This document shows positions 29,201 to 37,298 of a stretch of DNA of 64,000 bases, one piece after another (the stretch's first letter is position 1; each line of letters starts with the position of its first letter). Made by a program: the position numbers and the translations under genes. The DNA comes from an uncultured Gemmatimonadales bacterium (GTDB taxonomy: Bacteria > Gemmatimonadota > Gemmatimonadetes > Longimicrobiales > RSA9): assembly GCA_963798085.1 (NCBI GenBank), contig CAWCRS010000008.1:224001-288000 (forward strand), given 5' to 3'. Below the pieces are notes generated by a model. It searched no databases. It saw nothing but the letters and a program-made list of their open reading frames with translations, and was not told where the DNA came from.

Positions 29201-29669
29201 CATTGTCGCCGACGTGACCAGCCTGAACGTCGATTTCCTCCCTGACAGCCTCAACACGCTGTTTGGCGCGGTGCGGGCCAGACTCGAGGCCATCTCCCCC
29301 GCAGCACTGGGCAAGCCGCTGGATGACGTGTTCAAGGCCATCCTGGACACCTTGAGCCTCGAGGTCGTGCTGCCGAAAGCGGAGCTGCAGGCGCTGGACG
29401 CCACTTACGAAGCGTTCGTCGCGAAGATCCGTCCGCTCGATCCGGGCCAGCTCGTGATCGAAGCCGTGCAGCCGGTCTGGGATCAGACTGTGCTGCCCCT
29501 GCTGGCGGCGTTCGATCTCACGCCCGTGATCGAGGCGCTGATCGAGAAGCTGCATTCCCTCGATGACAGTCTGCGCGCGGAGCTGGAACGCGTGAACGGC
29601 TCGTACCAGCAGCTGCTCGCCGCCATCCCGTCGGGGGATGTCAGCGTCAGCGCGAGTATCTCGCTATGA
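26217..29669 (+). CDS. Long amphipathic alpha-helical protein B (1150 aa); tape-measure-like
   Basis: Intact ORF, collinear paralog of 19658-23121. Recurrent (F/L)DP..L helical repeats and a Gly/Ala/Thr linker near residues 130-170. Confidence 0.82.
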   Translation: MATVSAQLDASMAGNDVSARVGTQITQLNGIATQLATLIQHPPGAVNQLLRAFGDLPLPEFQVAAQLSTRLIEMRGAVPTDVSGLLRGVLDGIAQLQTDFGGALGGQLAKALLLIERLHALTQIDLRCLGGASSSTATLTAGGAAGATGASGVAAATGTSAATAPSPSATQDTVARANTILDAIPQPPGIEGVLRWAHSGTVIERNEPLLPAVIPVWDDLRDPVDTLITWDTMTPAQLGVELTTSLTDTAAFLRETLARELEPLAADISALLTPLPQADLTRIADRLTARLVAIGAAVHAGNLSGMSPAATEVHALLDEYSTLQATLPVTLATDATQLRGRLAELADDLHEGCCHAISILRPGGAVLINLPAGLEANALADLRNWLTGVSDWLENVLSAVDLDALQAPIRQLASGAQGVAASLDEALATVVVQVQSLFQQLESLIDAVDIAAITTSVQTAITQFRTEVVQRITGALAPARTAIEQAVGALAAAVNGFDPADIVAALHDAIDRVAGVLQDPGVTAAIGQIKGVIDTATQQVQSLSFTPVTDQVIAVIDALKGKVQEIDPAQLPDAAKAALAAAALVLPSDLQPITDPIVVDFSGLVDSGPVPVLEQVKQQPAKLLEQVTRFEPSKLIGDTLSQPFQKLLRDLDAFRPSKLLKPLGRELDTFKQTLLRSASPSRALQPLAGPFGEVTAALGRLDPTQLTKPIDDALAEAGKKLSDLLPVQDLFDAIDAVLGAVRRFLDSYDAMLALLRRLHGLADALANAPADLVAWINRVLDRIEQVPDPAAVNLGVVALRDAVDATRGAAIGARFNALTATSRAALDSVDGGNRLSALITAYHGVSRPALEALPDSPTRTSLLAALDRFDPLTPSFGAPWLALGQLRSAVGGARAALEAQQSQWDTDYHFAGSALSDLRRDSATPAELRAFAQELLDAQLVQPIAAVSAFLEPARVVFGSILDGVEDLLGRVRSRLDALLLGPQSVQGLRDAMGDIVADVTSLNVDFLPDSLNTLFGAVRARLEAISPAALGKPLDDVFKAILDTLSLEVVLPKAELQALDATYEAFVAKIRPLDPGQLVIEAVQPVWDQTVLPLLAAFDLTPVIEALIEKLHSLDDSLRAELERVNGSYQQLLAAIPSGDVSVSASISL

Positions 29670-29694
29670 CGGTGCGCGGCCGGGAGGCGTGGTC

Positions 29695-32205
29695 ATGGTG
29701 ATGGGCTCCGTGCTGGTGCAGCCGCAGCGCGTGCGCCGCGGCCGGCACGCGGATCCGGGGATCTCGCTGTTCACGGATCTGTTCAGCGTGATTACTCGCC
29801 TGTTGACGGACGCGAAACTGGGCGGCCGGCTGGGCGACATCGCCGGCGAGGCGCTCGTCGCCAATTTCCAGCGCATTGCGACGGAGCGCGTCGCGCGCAT
29901 CGCGCAGGCGGGCCCGCACGCGGTGCAGCGGCTGCTCGATCTGCTGCGCGCGATAACCGGTGTCAGTGCGACGGTTCGCATCGCGGCGCCGGCGGACGCG
30001 CTGGAACTCGCGCGTCAGCTGCTGGACCACTTCGCGGATGGTGTGGAAGGGGTTACCGCGGTGCGTCTGCGCCCGCATGTCGCGGCATTTCTGGACATTC
30101 TCGAGACCGACCTGGGCTTCAGCCTGGTGCAGGCGGAGGCCGAGTTGTGGCGCATCGTCCACGACATCATCGACCGCCTCGAAGCCGAGCCGCCGGAGCC
30201 GAACGTGCGCGCCCGCGAGAATCGCCTCGAGGTCATCTGTCTGCTGCGGCGCATCCTGCGCGTACTCTCGGGTTTCACCATGCCGCGCATCAATGCGGAT
30301 GGGCTCGCCAGCCTCATGGCGTCGCTGCTGGCCGGCCTCAGGGCGCCGGCGTTTGCCGCCCGCCTGCGCTGCGTGGCGCGCGCACTGGAGAGCGCGGCGC
30401 GTACCGGCCAGAGCGTGACCGAGCTGGTCGCGATCGGCTCGTTCGCGGAGTTCCGCAGCCTGGGCGCGGCCGCCGCGGCGGCGGAGCAGCAGGAACGCTT
30501 CTGCTGGTACGCCACGTGGGTGCTGGGGAAGAACACGGTGATCAGCAAGGACCGGTCAGAGATCCGCTTTGGTGGCAAAGTCGTCATGACTGGCGAGAAC
30601 CTCGGCCTGGCCGATATCCCCGAGTTCCGCGACACGAACACAGTCGACGGCAAGCCGTTCTTCTACACGTACGCCAGGGTCGATCTGGAGGCGCTCGACA
30701 CCATCGCGTTCGTGAGTGCCGTGGCGGCGGACGCACTCATTGTGCTGTTCCACACGATCTCAATGGAGGAAGGCGACTTCATCGCCAACCTCGTAAACAT
30801 GCAGTTTGCCATGCTGGCGGGCATTTACAAGGCGGCCGCCGCCAGGCCCATGCTGCCGCTCTGGGCCGAGAACTGGCTCATTCCAATGGGCATCACGATT
30901 CCGGCCTCGCTCGAAGGCATCCACACGCACGCCGCCCCGGCGCAGGGCGCCATTCTGTGGCTCACGCTTTTCGGACCGGATTTCGGCGAGGAACGGTTGT
31001 ACCGGGGGTACGGCCTGACCGCGCGCAACGCGCTGTTATCCATCCTCACACTGGCGAATCACAGGAACGCGCCCAACGGCGTGCCGGAGAATCACAAGGT
31101 CGCGGCCGGCCTCAACGACCTGCTGGGCTTCGTGGTCAGCATGCTGTACAGCCTGAAGGTGCCACGCGACGAGTGGGGCCTGGTCAATACACAGGTGACG
31201 CCGCGCGACTTCAATGCGGGCCTTGTCTTCGGCTGGGTGCTGGGCTTCGCATCGCTGGGCTGGCTCACCGGTCGCGTGGTGGGCGGGCTGCTGGCGTGGG
31301 CGATCACGCGCGAGGTGGCGCCCTGGGCATGGTTCGGCCGGCGCTGGTGGTCCCTCTTCGAGCACTGGCTCTGGTACGCCAGCTTCCTGTACTGGTGGAT
31401 CGAGGGCGACACCGACGGTGGCCATTACAACTCGGCCGGCGGACCGGCGTACGCCGGCTATCCGCCGAAGGAGAACTCGCCGTACACACTGCCCTACGTG
31501 GCTGGAAACTCGTGTTATGTGGGCCAGGGCAACATGGGCCTGTTCAGCCACAACAAGCTGAATGGCGACCAGACGTATGCCATCGACTTCGCACTGGATC
31601 AGGACGAGAAGATCCTGGCCGCGCGCGCCGGCACCGTCGTCGACTGGTTCGACTGGGTCACCGACGACGAGAACATCAGGACGGCATGGCCTGACGCGGC
31701 CGCCGCGGACAATCCCACGGGTGTGCAGCCGGTCGTGCTGCCGGATGGAACATCCCAGACCACATCCTCGGTCAAGAATTTCATCCTCGTGCGTCACGAC
31801 CGCGACGAAGACGGCAACCTGCTGCCCGTGGGCACGTTCAATGACACGCACGATCGGGGCGCGGGCAACACGCCGACACGCACGTACACGGCGTACCTGC
31901 ACGGTCGCAAGGGAAGCATCCGCGAAGCGTTTGCCGCACGCGGCATTACGCCCGTCAACATCATGGGTCAGGTACTGCTGCGCGGGCACTGGATCATGCG
32001 CACGGGCGCCACGGGCAAGGCGCCGCACAACCATCTGCATTTCGCGGCCAGGCCGGGCCCGGACAACGCCGAATTCGTGGTGCCGTACAGCTCCATGGGT
32101 GACGAGCTGCCGGTCGTATTCCGCGATGTCAGCAACTTCCTGGGCACCGACGGCGTGCCGACGAAGCTGAACTGGTACACGTCGTCCACCGCGGAGCGGT
32201 CATGA
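29695..32205 (+). CDS. Helical N-domain + multi-pass hydrophobic region + C-terminal M23 metallopeptidase, paralog 2
   Basis: GQGNMGLFSH..YAIDF, ILAARAGTVV, YTAYLHG and TGATGKAPHNHLH. GGAGG RBS before MVMGSVLVQPQR. Confidence 0.82.
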   Translation: MVMGSVLVQPQRVRRGRHADPGISLFTDLFSVITRLLTDAKLGGRLGDIAGEALVANFQRIATERVARIAQAGPHAVQRLLDLLRAITGVSATVRIAAPADALELARQLLDHFADGVEGVTAVRLRPHVAAFLDILETDLGFSLVQAEAELWRIVHDIIDRLEAEPPEPNVRARENRLEVICLLRRILRVLSGFTMPRINADGLASLMASLLAGLRAPAFAARLRCVARALESAARTGQSVTELVAIGSFAEFRSLGAAAAAAEQQERFCWYATWVLGKNTVISKDRSEIRFGGKVVMTGENLGLADIPEFRDTNTVDGKPFFYTYARVDLEALDTIAFVSAVAADALIVLFHTISMEEGDFIANLVNMQFAMLAGIYKAAAARPMLPLWAENWLIPMGITIPASLEGIHTHAAPAQGAILWLTLFGPDFGEERLYRGYGLTARNALLSILTLANHRNAPNGVPENHKVAAGLNDLLGFVVSMLYSLKVPRDEWGLVNTQVTPRDFNAGLVFGWVLGFASLGWLTGRVVGGLLAWAITREVAPWAWFGRRWWSLFEHWLWYASFLYWWIEGDTDGGHYNSAGGPAYAGYPPKENSPYTLPYVAGNSCYVGQGNMGLFSHNKLNGDQTYAIDFALDQDEKILAARAGTVVDWFDWVTDDENIRTAWPDAAAADNPTGVQPVVLPDGTSQTTSSVKNFILVRHDRDEDGNLLPVGTFNDTHDRGAGNTPTRTYTAYLHGRKGSIREAFAARGITPVNIMGQVLLRGHWIMRTGATGKAPHNHLHFAARPGPDNAEFVVPYSSMGDELPVVFRDVSNFLGTDGVPTKLNWYTSSTAERS

Positions 32206-32212
32206 GGCGCGC

Positions 32213-34663
32213 ATGGTGATGGGCTCCGTGCTGGCGCAGCCGCAGCGTGTGCGGCGAGGCCGGGTGGCCGGGCCGGAGGCCGCGCTGATCGCGGACCTGG
32301 GCAGCCTGCTCACTCGCCTGACCACGGACGCCAGCCGCGGCGGCCGCATCGCCGGAATCGTGCAGGACGCGCTGCTCGCCGCCTTCGAGCGCATCGTCAA
32401 TCAGCATCTCGCAAAGGTGCAGCAGGCCGGGCCGCGCGTACTCCAGCGGCTGGGCGACCTGGCGCGCGCGATTACGGGTCTGGATGCCAGCGTGCGCGTG
32501 AATACGCCGGCGGACGCGCTCGACATCGCGCGCCGGCTGCTCGATCACGTCGCGGACGGCATGGAAGGGTTGAGCGCGGCGAAGATCCAGCCTCACGTCG
32601 TCGCCTTCATCGACATTCTCGCGACGGATCTGGGCTTCAGCATCGAGCAGGCCGAGTCGGAGTTCCGCGCCCTGTTCGACGACGTCATCAACGCGCTCGA
32701 AGCGGCGCCGCCCGAGCCCTCGGTGGAGGCACGCGAATCCCGCCTCGAGGCTGCGTGCGTGCTGCGCCAGCTGCGCCGCCACGTGCTGGCGCGGTTCCAG
32801 CTGGAGCGCATGGATGCCGCCCGCCTTGCCAGCCGCCTTGCCCGGCTGGTGAGCAACCTGCGCGCGCCCGCCTTCGCCAGCCGCCTGCGCTGCGTGGCGA
32901 GGGCACTCGAACAGGCAGTTAGTACGGGCCGCGCAGTCCAGGACCTGGTGCCCGCCGGCGCGTTCGCCGGCTTCCGCAGCCTGGGCGCGGCGGCCGCGGC
33001 GGCCGCACAGAAGGAGCAGTACTGCTGGTACGCGTCCTGGGTGCTGCATGACGACGTCGTGATCAGCAGCGACGGCACCGGGATCCGCAAGGGCAACACC
33101 GTCATTGCGCACGGCCGCGACCTGACGCTGGCCGACATTCCGCAGTTCCTGCCGGGCCACGACCCGCATTTCTCGTTCGCCCGGTTCGGCGTCGAAACGC
33201 TGGAAACCATCGCGCTGGCCAGCGCCGCGGGTGCGGACGCGCTGATGTTCCTGCTGCACTTCATCTCGCTGGAGCAGGGCAATGTGATCGCCAACAGCGT
33301 GAACCTGCCGCTGGCCTTCACGTCAGGCAGTCTCAAGGTCGTGCTCCGCCATCCGCTGATGGGTCCCATCAAGGAGCAGTGGCTGCTGCCGCTGGCGCTC
33401 ACGTTCCCGGCATCGCTCGAGGGGCTGCACGACAAGGCCACCGGCAAGAACCGCTTCCTGATGTGGCTCACGCTGGTGGGCCCGGATGTGGGCGAGGAGC
33501 GACTGTACCGCTTCTACGGCAGTGCGCTCCGCAATGCGCTGTTATCCACGCTCACACTGCTGAATCACAAGGAGCCGGCGGCCGCTGGTGTCCGCCCGGA
33601 GAACTTCAAGGAGCTGGACGGCTTCTCCGATTTCATCGGCTACATCATCGCCATCATGATCTCGACACACATGAGTCGCGATGACTGGTGGATCCTCAAT
33701 GCGCAGGTCACGCCCAGCCAGATCCAGTGGTCGCTCTTCTTCTGGCACTGGCTGGGCAAGTCCACGCTCTGCGCCATGACGGGGCGGCTGGTGGGCGGCT
33801 TCTATGCCTTCATCGCGTCGCAGGCCAGGGCGCCCTTCAAGTCCTGGCTCTTCCCCAGCTGGTACATGATGCTCGTGCACTGGTTCTGGTACATCGCATT
33901 CACCTACTGGCACATGGATGGCGACACCGATGACGGCCGCTACAACGGCCACACCGGCGGCGCCGCCTTCACCGGCTATCCGTCGAACGGCAGTTCGCCG
34001 TACACACTGCCGTATTCCGGCAGCCTGTGTTATGTGGGGCAGGCCAATGAAGGCGTGTTCAGCCACAACCACCGCAACGGCGATCAGACGTACGCCATCG
34101 ACTTCTCGCTCGACCAGGACAGACACGTGCTGTGCGCGCGGCCCGGCACGGTCGTCGACTGGTTCGATTTCGCGCCCGACAACGAGAACACGTCCACCGC
34201 GGCGGATCCGGCCATCGTCAAGGCCGGACAGACACACAACAGCGGCGCCAACTTCGTGCTGGTGCGCCACGACATCGATGACAATGGCGTGGACATACCC
34301 GTCGGCACCTTCGACGCCGTGCACGATCTGGGCGAAGCCGGCGTGGCGGGTCGCACGTACGCGCTGTATCTGCACGGCCGCAATGGCAGCGTGCGCGAGG
34401 CTTTCCTCAGCCGCGGCATCAACGCGGTCGACATCATCGGCCAGGTCGTGAAGCGCGGAGACTGGATCATGCGCGCGGGTGACACCGGCGTCAGCTTCCA
34501 CAACCACCTGCACATGGCGATCTCCATCGGACCCGACGTGAAGCTGCCCACCAGCGTGAAGCTGTCCGGACTGAGCGATCCTGACATCCCGTATGTGTTC
34601 AAGGATGTCGACGGTCCGGTCACCAAGCTGAACTGGTACCGCTCCAGCACGGTGGAGACCTGA
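32213..34663 (+). CDS. Helical N-domain + multi-pass hydrophobic region + C-terminal M23 metallopeptidase, paralog 3
   Basis: GQANEGVFSH..YAIDF, VLCARPGTVV, YALYLHG and VKRGDWIMRAGDTGVSFHNHLH. Confidence 0.82.
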   Translation: MVMGSVLAQPQRVRRGRVAGPEAALIADLGSLLTRLTTDASRGGRIAGIVQDALLAAFERIVNQHLAKVQQAGPRVLQRLGDLARAITGLDASVRVNTPADALDIARRLLDHVADGMEGLSAAKIQPHVVAFIDILATDLGFSIEQAESEFRALFDDVINALEAAPPEPSVEARESRLEAACVLRQLRRHVLARFQLERMDAARLASRLARLVSNLRAPAFASRLRCVARALEQAVSTGRAVQDLVPAGAFAGFRSLGAAAAAAAQKEQYCWYASWVLHDDVVISSDGTGIRKGNTVIAHGRDLTLADIPQFLPGHDPHFSFARFGVETLETIALASAAGADALMFLLHFISLEQGNVIANSVNLPLAFTSGSLKVVLRHPLMGPIKEQWLLPLALTFPASLEGLHDKATGKNRFLMWLTLVGPDVGEERLYRFYGSALRNALLSTLTLLNHKEPAAAGVRPENFKELDGFSDFIGYIIAIMISTHMSRDDWWILNAQVTPSQIQWSLFFWHWLGKSTLCAMTGRLVGGFYAFIASQARAPFKSWLFPSWYMMLVHWFWYIAFTYWHMDGDTDDGRYNGHTGGAAFTGYPSNGSSPYTLPYSGSLCYVGQANEGVFSHNHRNGDQTYAIDFSLDQDRHVLCARPGTVVDWFDFAPDNENTSTAADPAIVKAGQTHNSGANFVLVRHDIDDNGVDIPVGTFDAVHDLGEAGVAGRTYALYLHGRNGSVREAFLSRGINAVDIIGQVVKRGDWIMRAGDTGVSFHNHLHMAISIGPDVKLPTSVKLSGLSDPDIPYVFKDVDGPVTKLNWYRSSTVET

Positions 34664-34666
34664 GTC

Positions 34667-35794
34667 ATGGCCTTCGACCTCCCGCTCTTCGGCAGCAGTG
34701 CACCCCCCGCGGTGCGGCGCCCGCTGTTCCAGGTGTCATTCGGCGGCGGCGCCGCTGCCGGTGGGGGCGGCCTGCTCTCCGCCGCGGCATCCGCCGTCGG
34801 CCTGGGCGGTGGCGGTGCGGCGGATCCGTGGCAGCGCTCGATTGCGCGCATCACGCTCGAGCGGGGTGTGGCGCCCGAGCTGGATGGCGCGGAGATCACG
34901 CTGGCCGATGATGCACAGGCGCCACCCGTCGCGGTGGGCGACGCGGGCAGCATCGCACTGGGCTTCGAGGATGAAGGTCCGACCACTGTCTTCACCGGCC
35001 GCATCGAAGCGATCCGCCGTGATGCGCGCGGCTCACAGCGCATTACCATCGCGAACGGCGCTGCTCGCCTGGCAGCACTGCGCGTGCAGCAGAGCTTCGA
35101 GAATCAGTCGGCCGGCAATGTCGTGCGCGAACTGGCGGGCAAGGCCAATGTGACGCCCGGCAACATTGCCGACGGCGCAGACCTCGCCTTCCTCGTGCTG
35201 GATGATGCACGCAGTGCGTGGGACCACATTGCCAGACTGGCGCGCGTCAGCGGGCATATGGCGATCATGACTGCGGATGACGAACTGGATTTCCGGCCGC
35301 CGGACGACGGCCAGCCCGTGCAGTCGTTCCGCTGGGGCGTCAATGTGCTGTCCCTCGAGCGCGCGCAGACCGAACCGGTGTTCCAGAGTGTGACGGTTTC
35401 GGGCGAAGGCGCGGCGGGCAGTCAGGGCAAGGATGCGTGGAACTGGCTGACCAAACAGCCATCGTCGGTGACGGGTCAGGCGGGCAGCGGCGATCGCACG
35501 CGCAGCTTCGCGGACCGCGCACTGCGCACGGCGGACGCGGTGCAGGCGGCGGCGCGCGCCCTCGCGGATGCGGCGGCCCGCGCGGCGCAGGCGGGCGTGC
35601 TGCTCGTGCCGGGCGCGCCCGCTGTGCTGCCCGCCTCACAGATCCAGATCGGCAGCACACCGCGCGGTGGCATGGACGGCACATACCTGGTCACGCGCGT
35701 CCGACACACCTGCGACAAGCGCGCCGGCTTCCGCACACGCGTGCAGTTCATTGGCGCGAGCGGCGCGGCGGGCGCGACAGGAGGCCTGCCGTGA
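34667..35794 (+). CDS. Baseplate hub protein (phage late control D / gp27-like, VgrG N-terminal half)
   Basis: VGDAGSIALGF..VFTGRIE, QSFENQSAGNVV, SAWDHIARLA, FRWGVNVL and GTYLVTRVRH..GFRT. Confidence 0.85.
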   Translation: MAFDLPLFGSSAPPAVRRPLFQVSFGGGAAAGGGGLLSAAASAVGLGGGGAADPWQRSIARITLERGVAPELDGAEITLADDAQAPPVAVGDAGSIALGFEDEGPTTVFTGRIEAIRRDARGSQRITIANGAARLAALRVQQSFENQSAGNVVRELAGKANVTPGNIADGADLAFLVLDDARSAWDHIARLARVSGHMAIMTADDELDFRPPDDGQPVQSFRWGVNVLSLERAQTEPVFQSVTVSGEGAAGSQGKDAWNWLTKQPSSVTGQAGSGDRTRSFADRALRTADAVQAAARALADAAARAAQAGVLLVPGAPAVLPASQIQIGSTPRGGMDGTYLVTRVRHTCDKRAGFRTRVQFIGASGAAGATGGLP

Positions 35795-36402
35795 GCGCGA
35801 CACTGGTGGACTCCGTACGCCGCGTCGTGGCGGAGGAACTGCGGCGCCTGCGCTTCGCCGACCTGGCGCGCGTCACCGACATCCACCCCTCCGATCCCGA
35901 CAACTACGCCTGCACCGTCGAGCTGCGCGACAGCGGCATCGTGCTCAAGAACGTGCCCGTCGCCACGCACAGGATCGGCACGGTCAGCATTCCCGCGGTG
36001 AACGACCTCGTGCTCGTGCAGTTCGTGGGCGGGGATGTGAATGCGCCCGTCATTGTGGGCAGTCTCTACAACGACGAGGACCGGCCGCCGGAGAACAAGG
36101 ATGGGCAGTGCATCCTGCACCTGCCGCCCGGCGCGGCTGATTCGGATGCGGCGCACATCGAGCTGACCAGCGTGGATGCGCGCGTGCTCGTGATCCGCAT
36201 GGGCAGCACGGAGGTCACCATTCAGGATGATGACCCCGCCATCAGGATCAATGTGGGTGGCAACGCCACGCTGACGATTGGCAGCAATGGCGCGGTCAAG
36301 CTGCAATCCTCCGGCAGCATTGAAATCAAGGGCGATGGCAATGTTTCCGTGGAAGCGGGTGGTACGCTGAAGCTCAAGGGTGCCGTCGTGAACATCAACT
36401 GA
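35791..36402 (+). CDS. Baseplate spike protein (gpV/gp5 OB-fold + beta-helix)
   Basis: GTGA overlap with the hub. IPAVNDLVLVQFVGGDVNAPVIVGSLYN, followed by C-terminal beta-strand repeats ending LKLKGAVVNIN. Confidence 0.9.
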   Translation: MSATLVDSVRRVVAEELRRLRFADLARVTDIHPSDPDNYACTVELRDSGIVLKNVPVATHRIGTVSIPAVNDLVLVQFVGGDVNAPVIVGSLYNDEDRPPENKDGQCILHLPPGAADSDAAHIELTSVDARVLVIRMGSTEVTIQDDDPAIRINVGGNATLTIGSNGAVKLQSSGSIEIKGDGNVSVEAGGTLKLKGAVVNIN

Positions 36403-36411
36403 GCGACCGTC

Positions 36412-36795
36412 ATGGGACAGCCCGCCGCCAAACAGGGAGACTTCATTCAGGCCGTGGACACGCACATCGTGATCATCGGCCCGGCCACGCCGGCACTGCC
36501 GCATCCGTTCATGGGGCAGATCGACGGCGAGCTGAGCAGTGACGTGAACATCGAGGGCAAGCCGGCCGCGGTCGTGGGCAGCACGGCGAGCAACACGCCG
36601 TCGCACATTCCGGCAGGCGGGTCCTTCATGAATCCGCCGAAGAACAAGGGCACGATCATCATGGGCAGCGGCACGGTGAACATCAACGGCAAGCCGGCCG
36701 CGCGCATGGGTGACACGGCCACGACGTGCAATGACCCCGCGGACCTGCCTGTCGGCAAGGTGATCGCGTCCGGTACCGTGTTCATGGGAGGTTGA
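36412..36795 (+). CDS. PAAR-domain spike tip protein
   Basis: PAAKQGD, VNIEGKPAAVVGS, VNINGKPAARMGD..C and SGTVFMGG. Confidence 0.95.
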   Translation: MGQPAAKQGDFIQAVDTHIVIIGPATPALPHPFMGQIDGELSSDVNIEGKPAAVVGSTASNTPSHIPAGGSFMNPPKNKGTIIMGSGTVNINGKPAARMGDTATTCNDPADLPVGKVIASGTVFMGG

Positions 36796-36796
36796 G

Positions 36797-37298
36797 GTGG
36801 CGCAGAACGCGAACCTGCTCACGGACGTGCGCCTGGAGCTGCAGGACCACCGCCTGCGACCCGTCTATGTCGCGGCGCAGCGCGAAACGCACGTGCCCAC
36901 GCGGCCCGATCGCTTTCTCGATTTCAGATGTCACCACCGGTCGCGACAATCTGGCGCAGGCCATCATCATGCGGCTGCTGACGCCGCGCGGCGAGCTGGA
37001 CGCGCTCGGCCACCCGGAATACGGCTCGCGACTGCACGAGCTGATCGGCCGCACTAACACGGACACAACACGCAACCTGGTCAAGCTCTTCATCCTCGAG
37101 GCGCTGCAGCTGGAGCCGCGCATCGAGCCGAAGCTGACCGTGATCGTGACGCCCGCGGACGAGAAGCCGCCCGCCGTGGGCAAGGGCGCACGCAATGTGA
37201 CGCTGGCGCCGCGCGTCAATGTCGAGATTTCCGTCACGCCGGTCGGCGAAACCGCTGTCGTGACGATCGGACCCTTCACGCTGGAGCTCGAACCGTGA
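36797..37298 (+). CDS. gp25/GPW-like baseplate wedge protein; apparent +1 frameshift at ~36926
   Basis: GRDNLAQAIIMRLLTPRGEL..HPEYGSRLHELIG..EALQLEPRI. The N-terminus MAQNANLLTDVRLEL is in the adjacent frame. Confidence 0.88.

Noticed and set aside
23147..34663. Simple endolysin/holin lysis cassette
   Set aside because: The proteins are >800 aa, triplicated and embedded among structural genes with a shared N-domain, unlike typical small lysis genes. A release role is kept only as one hypothesis.
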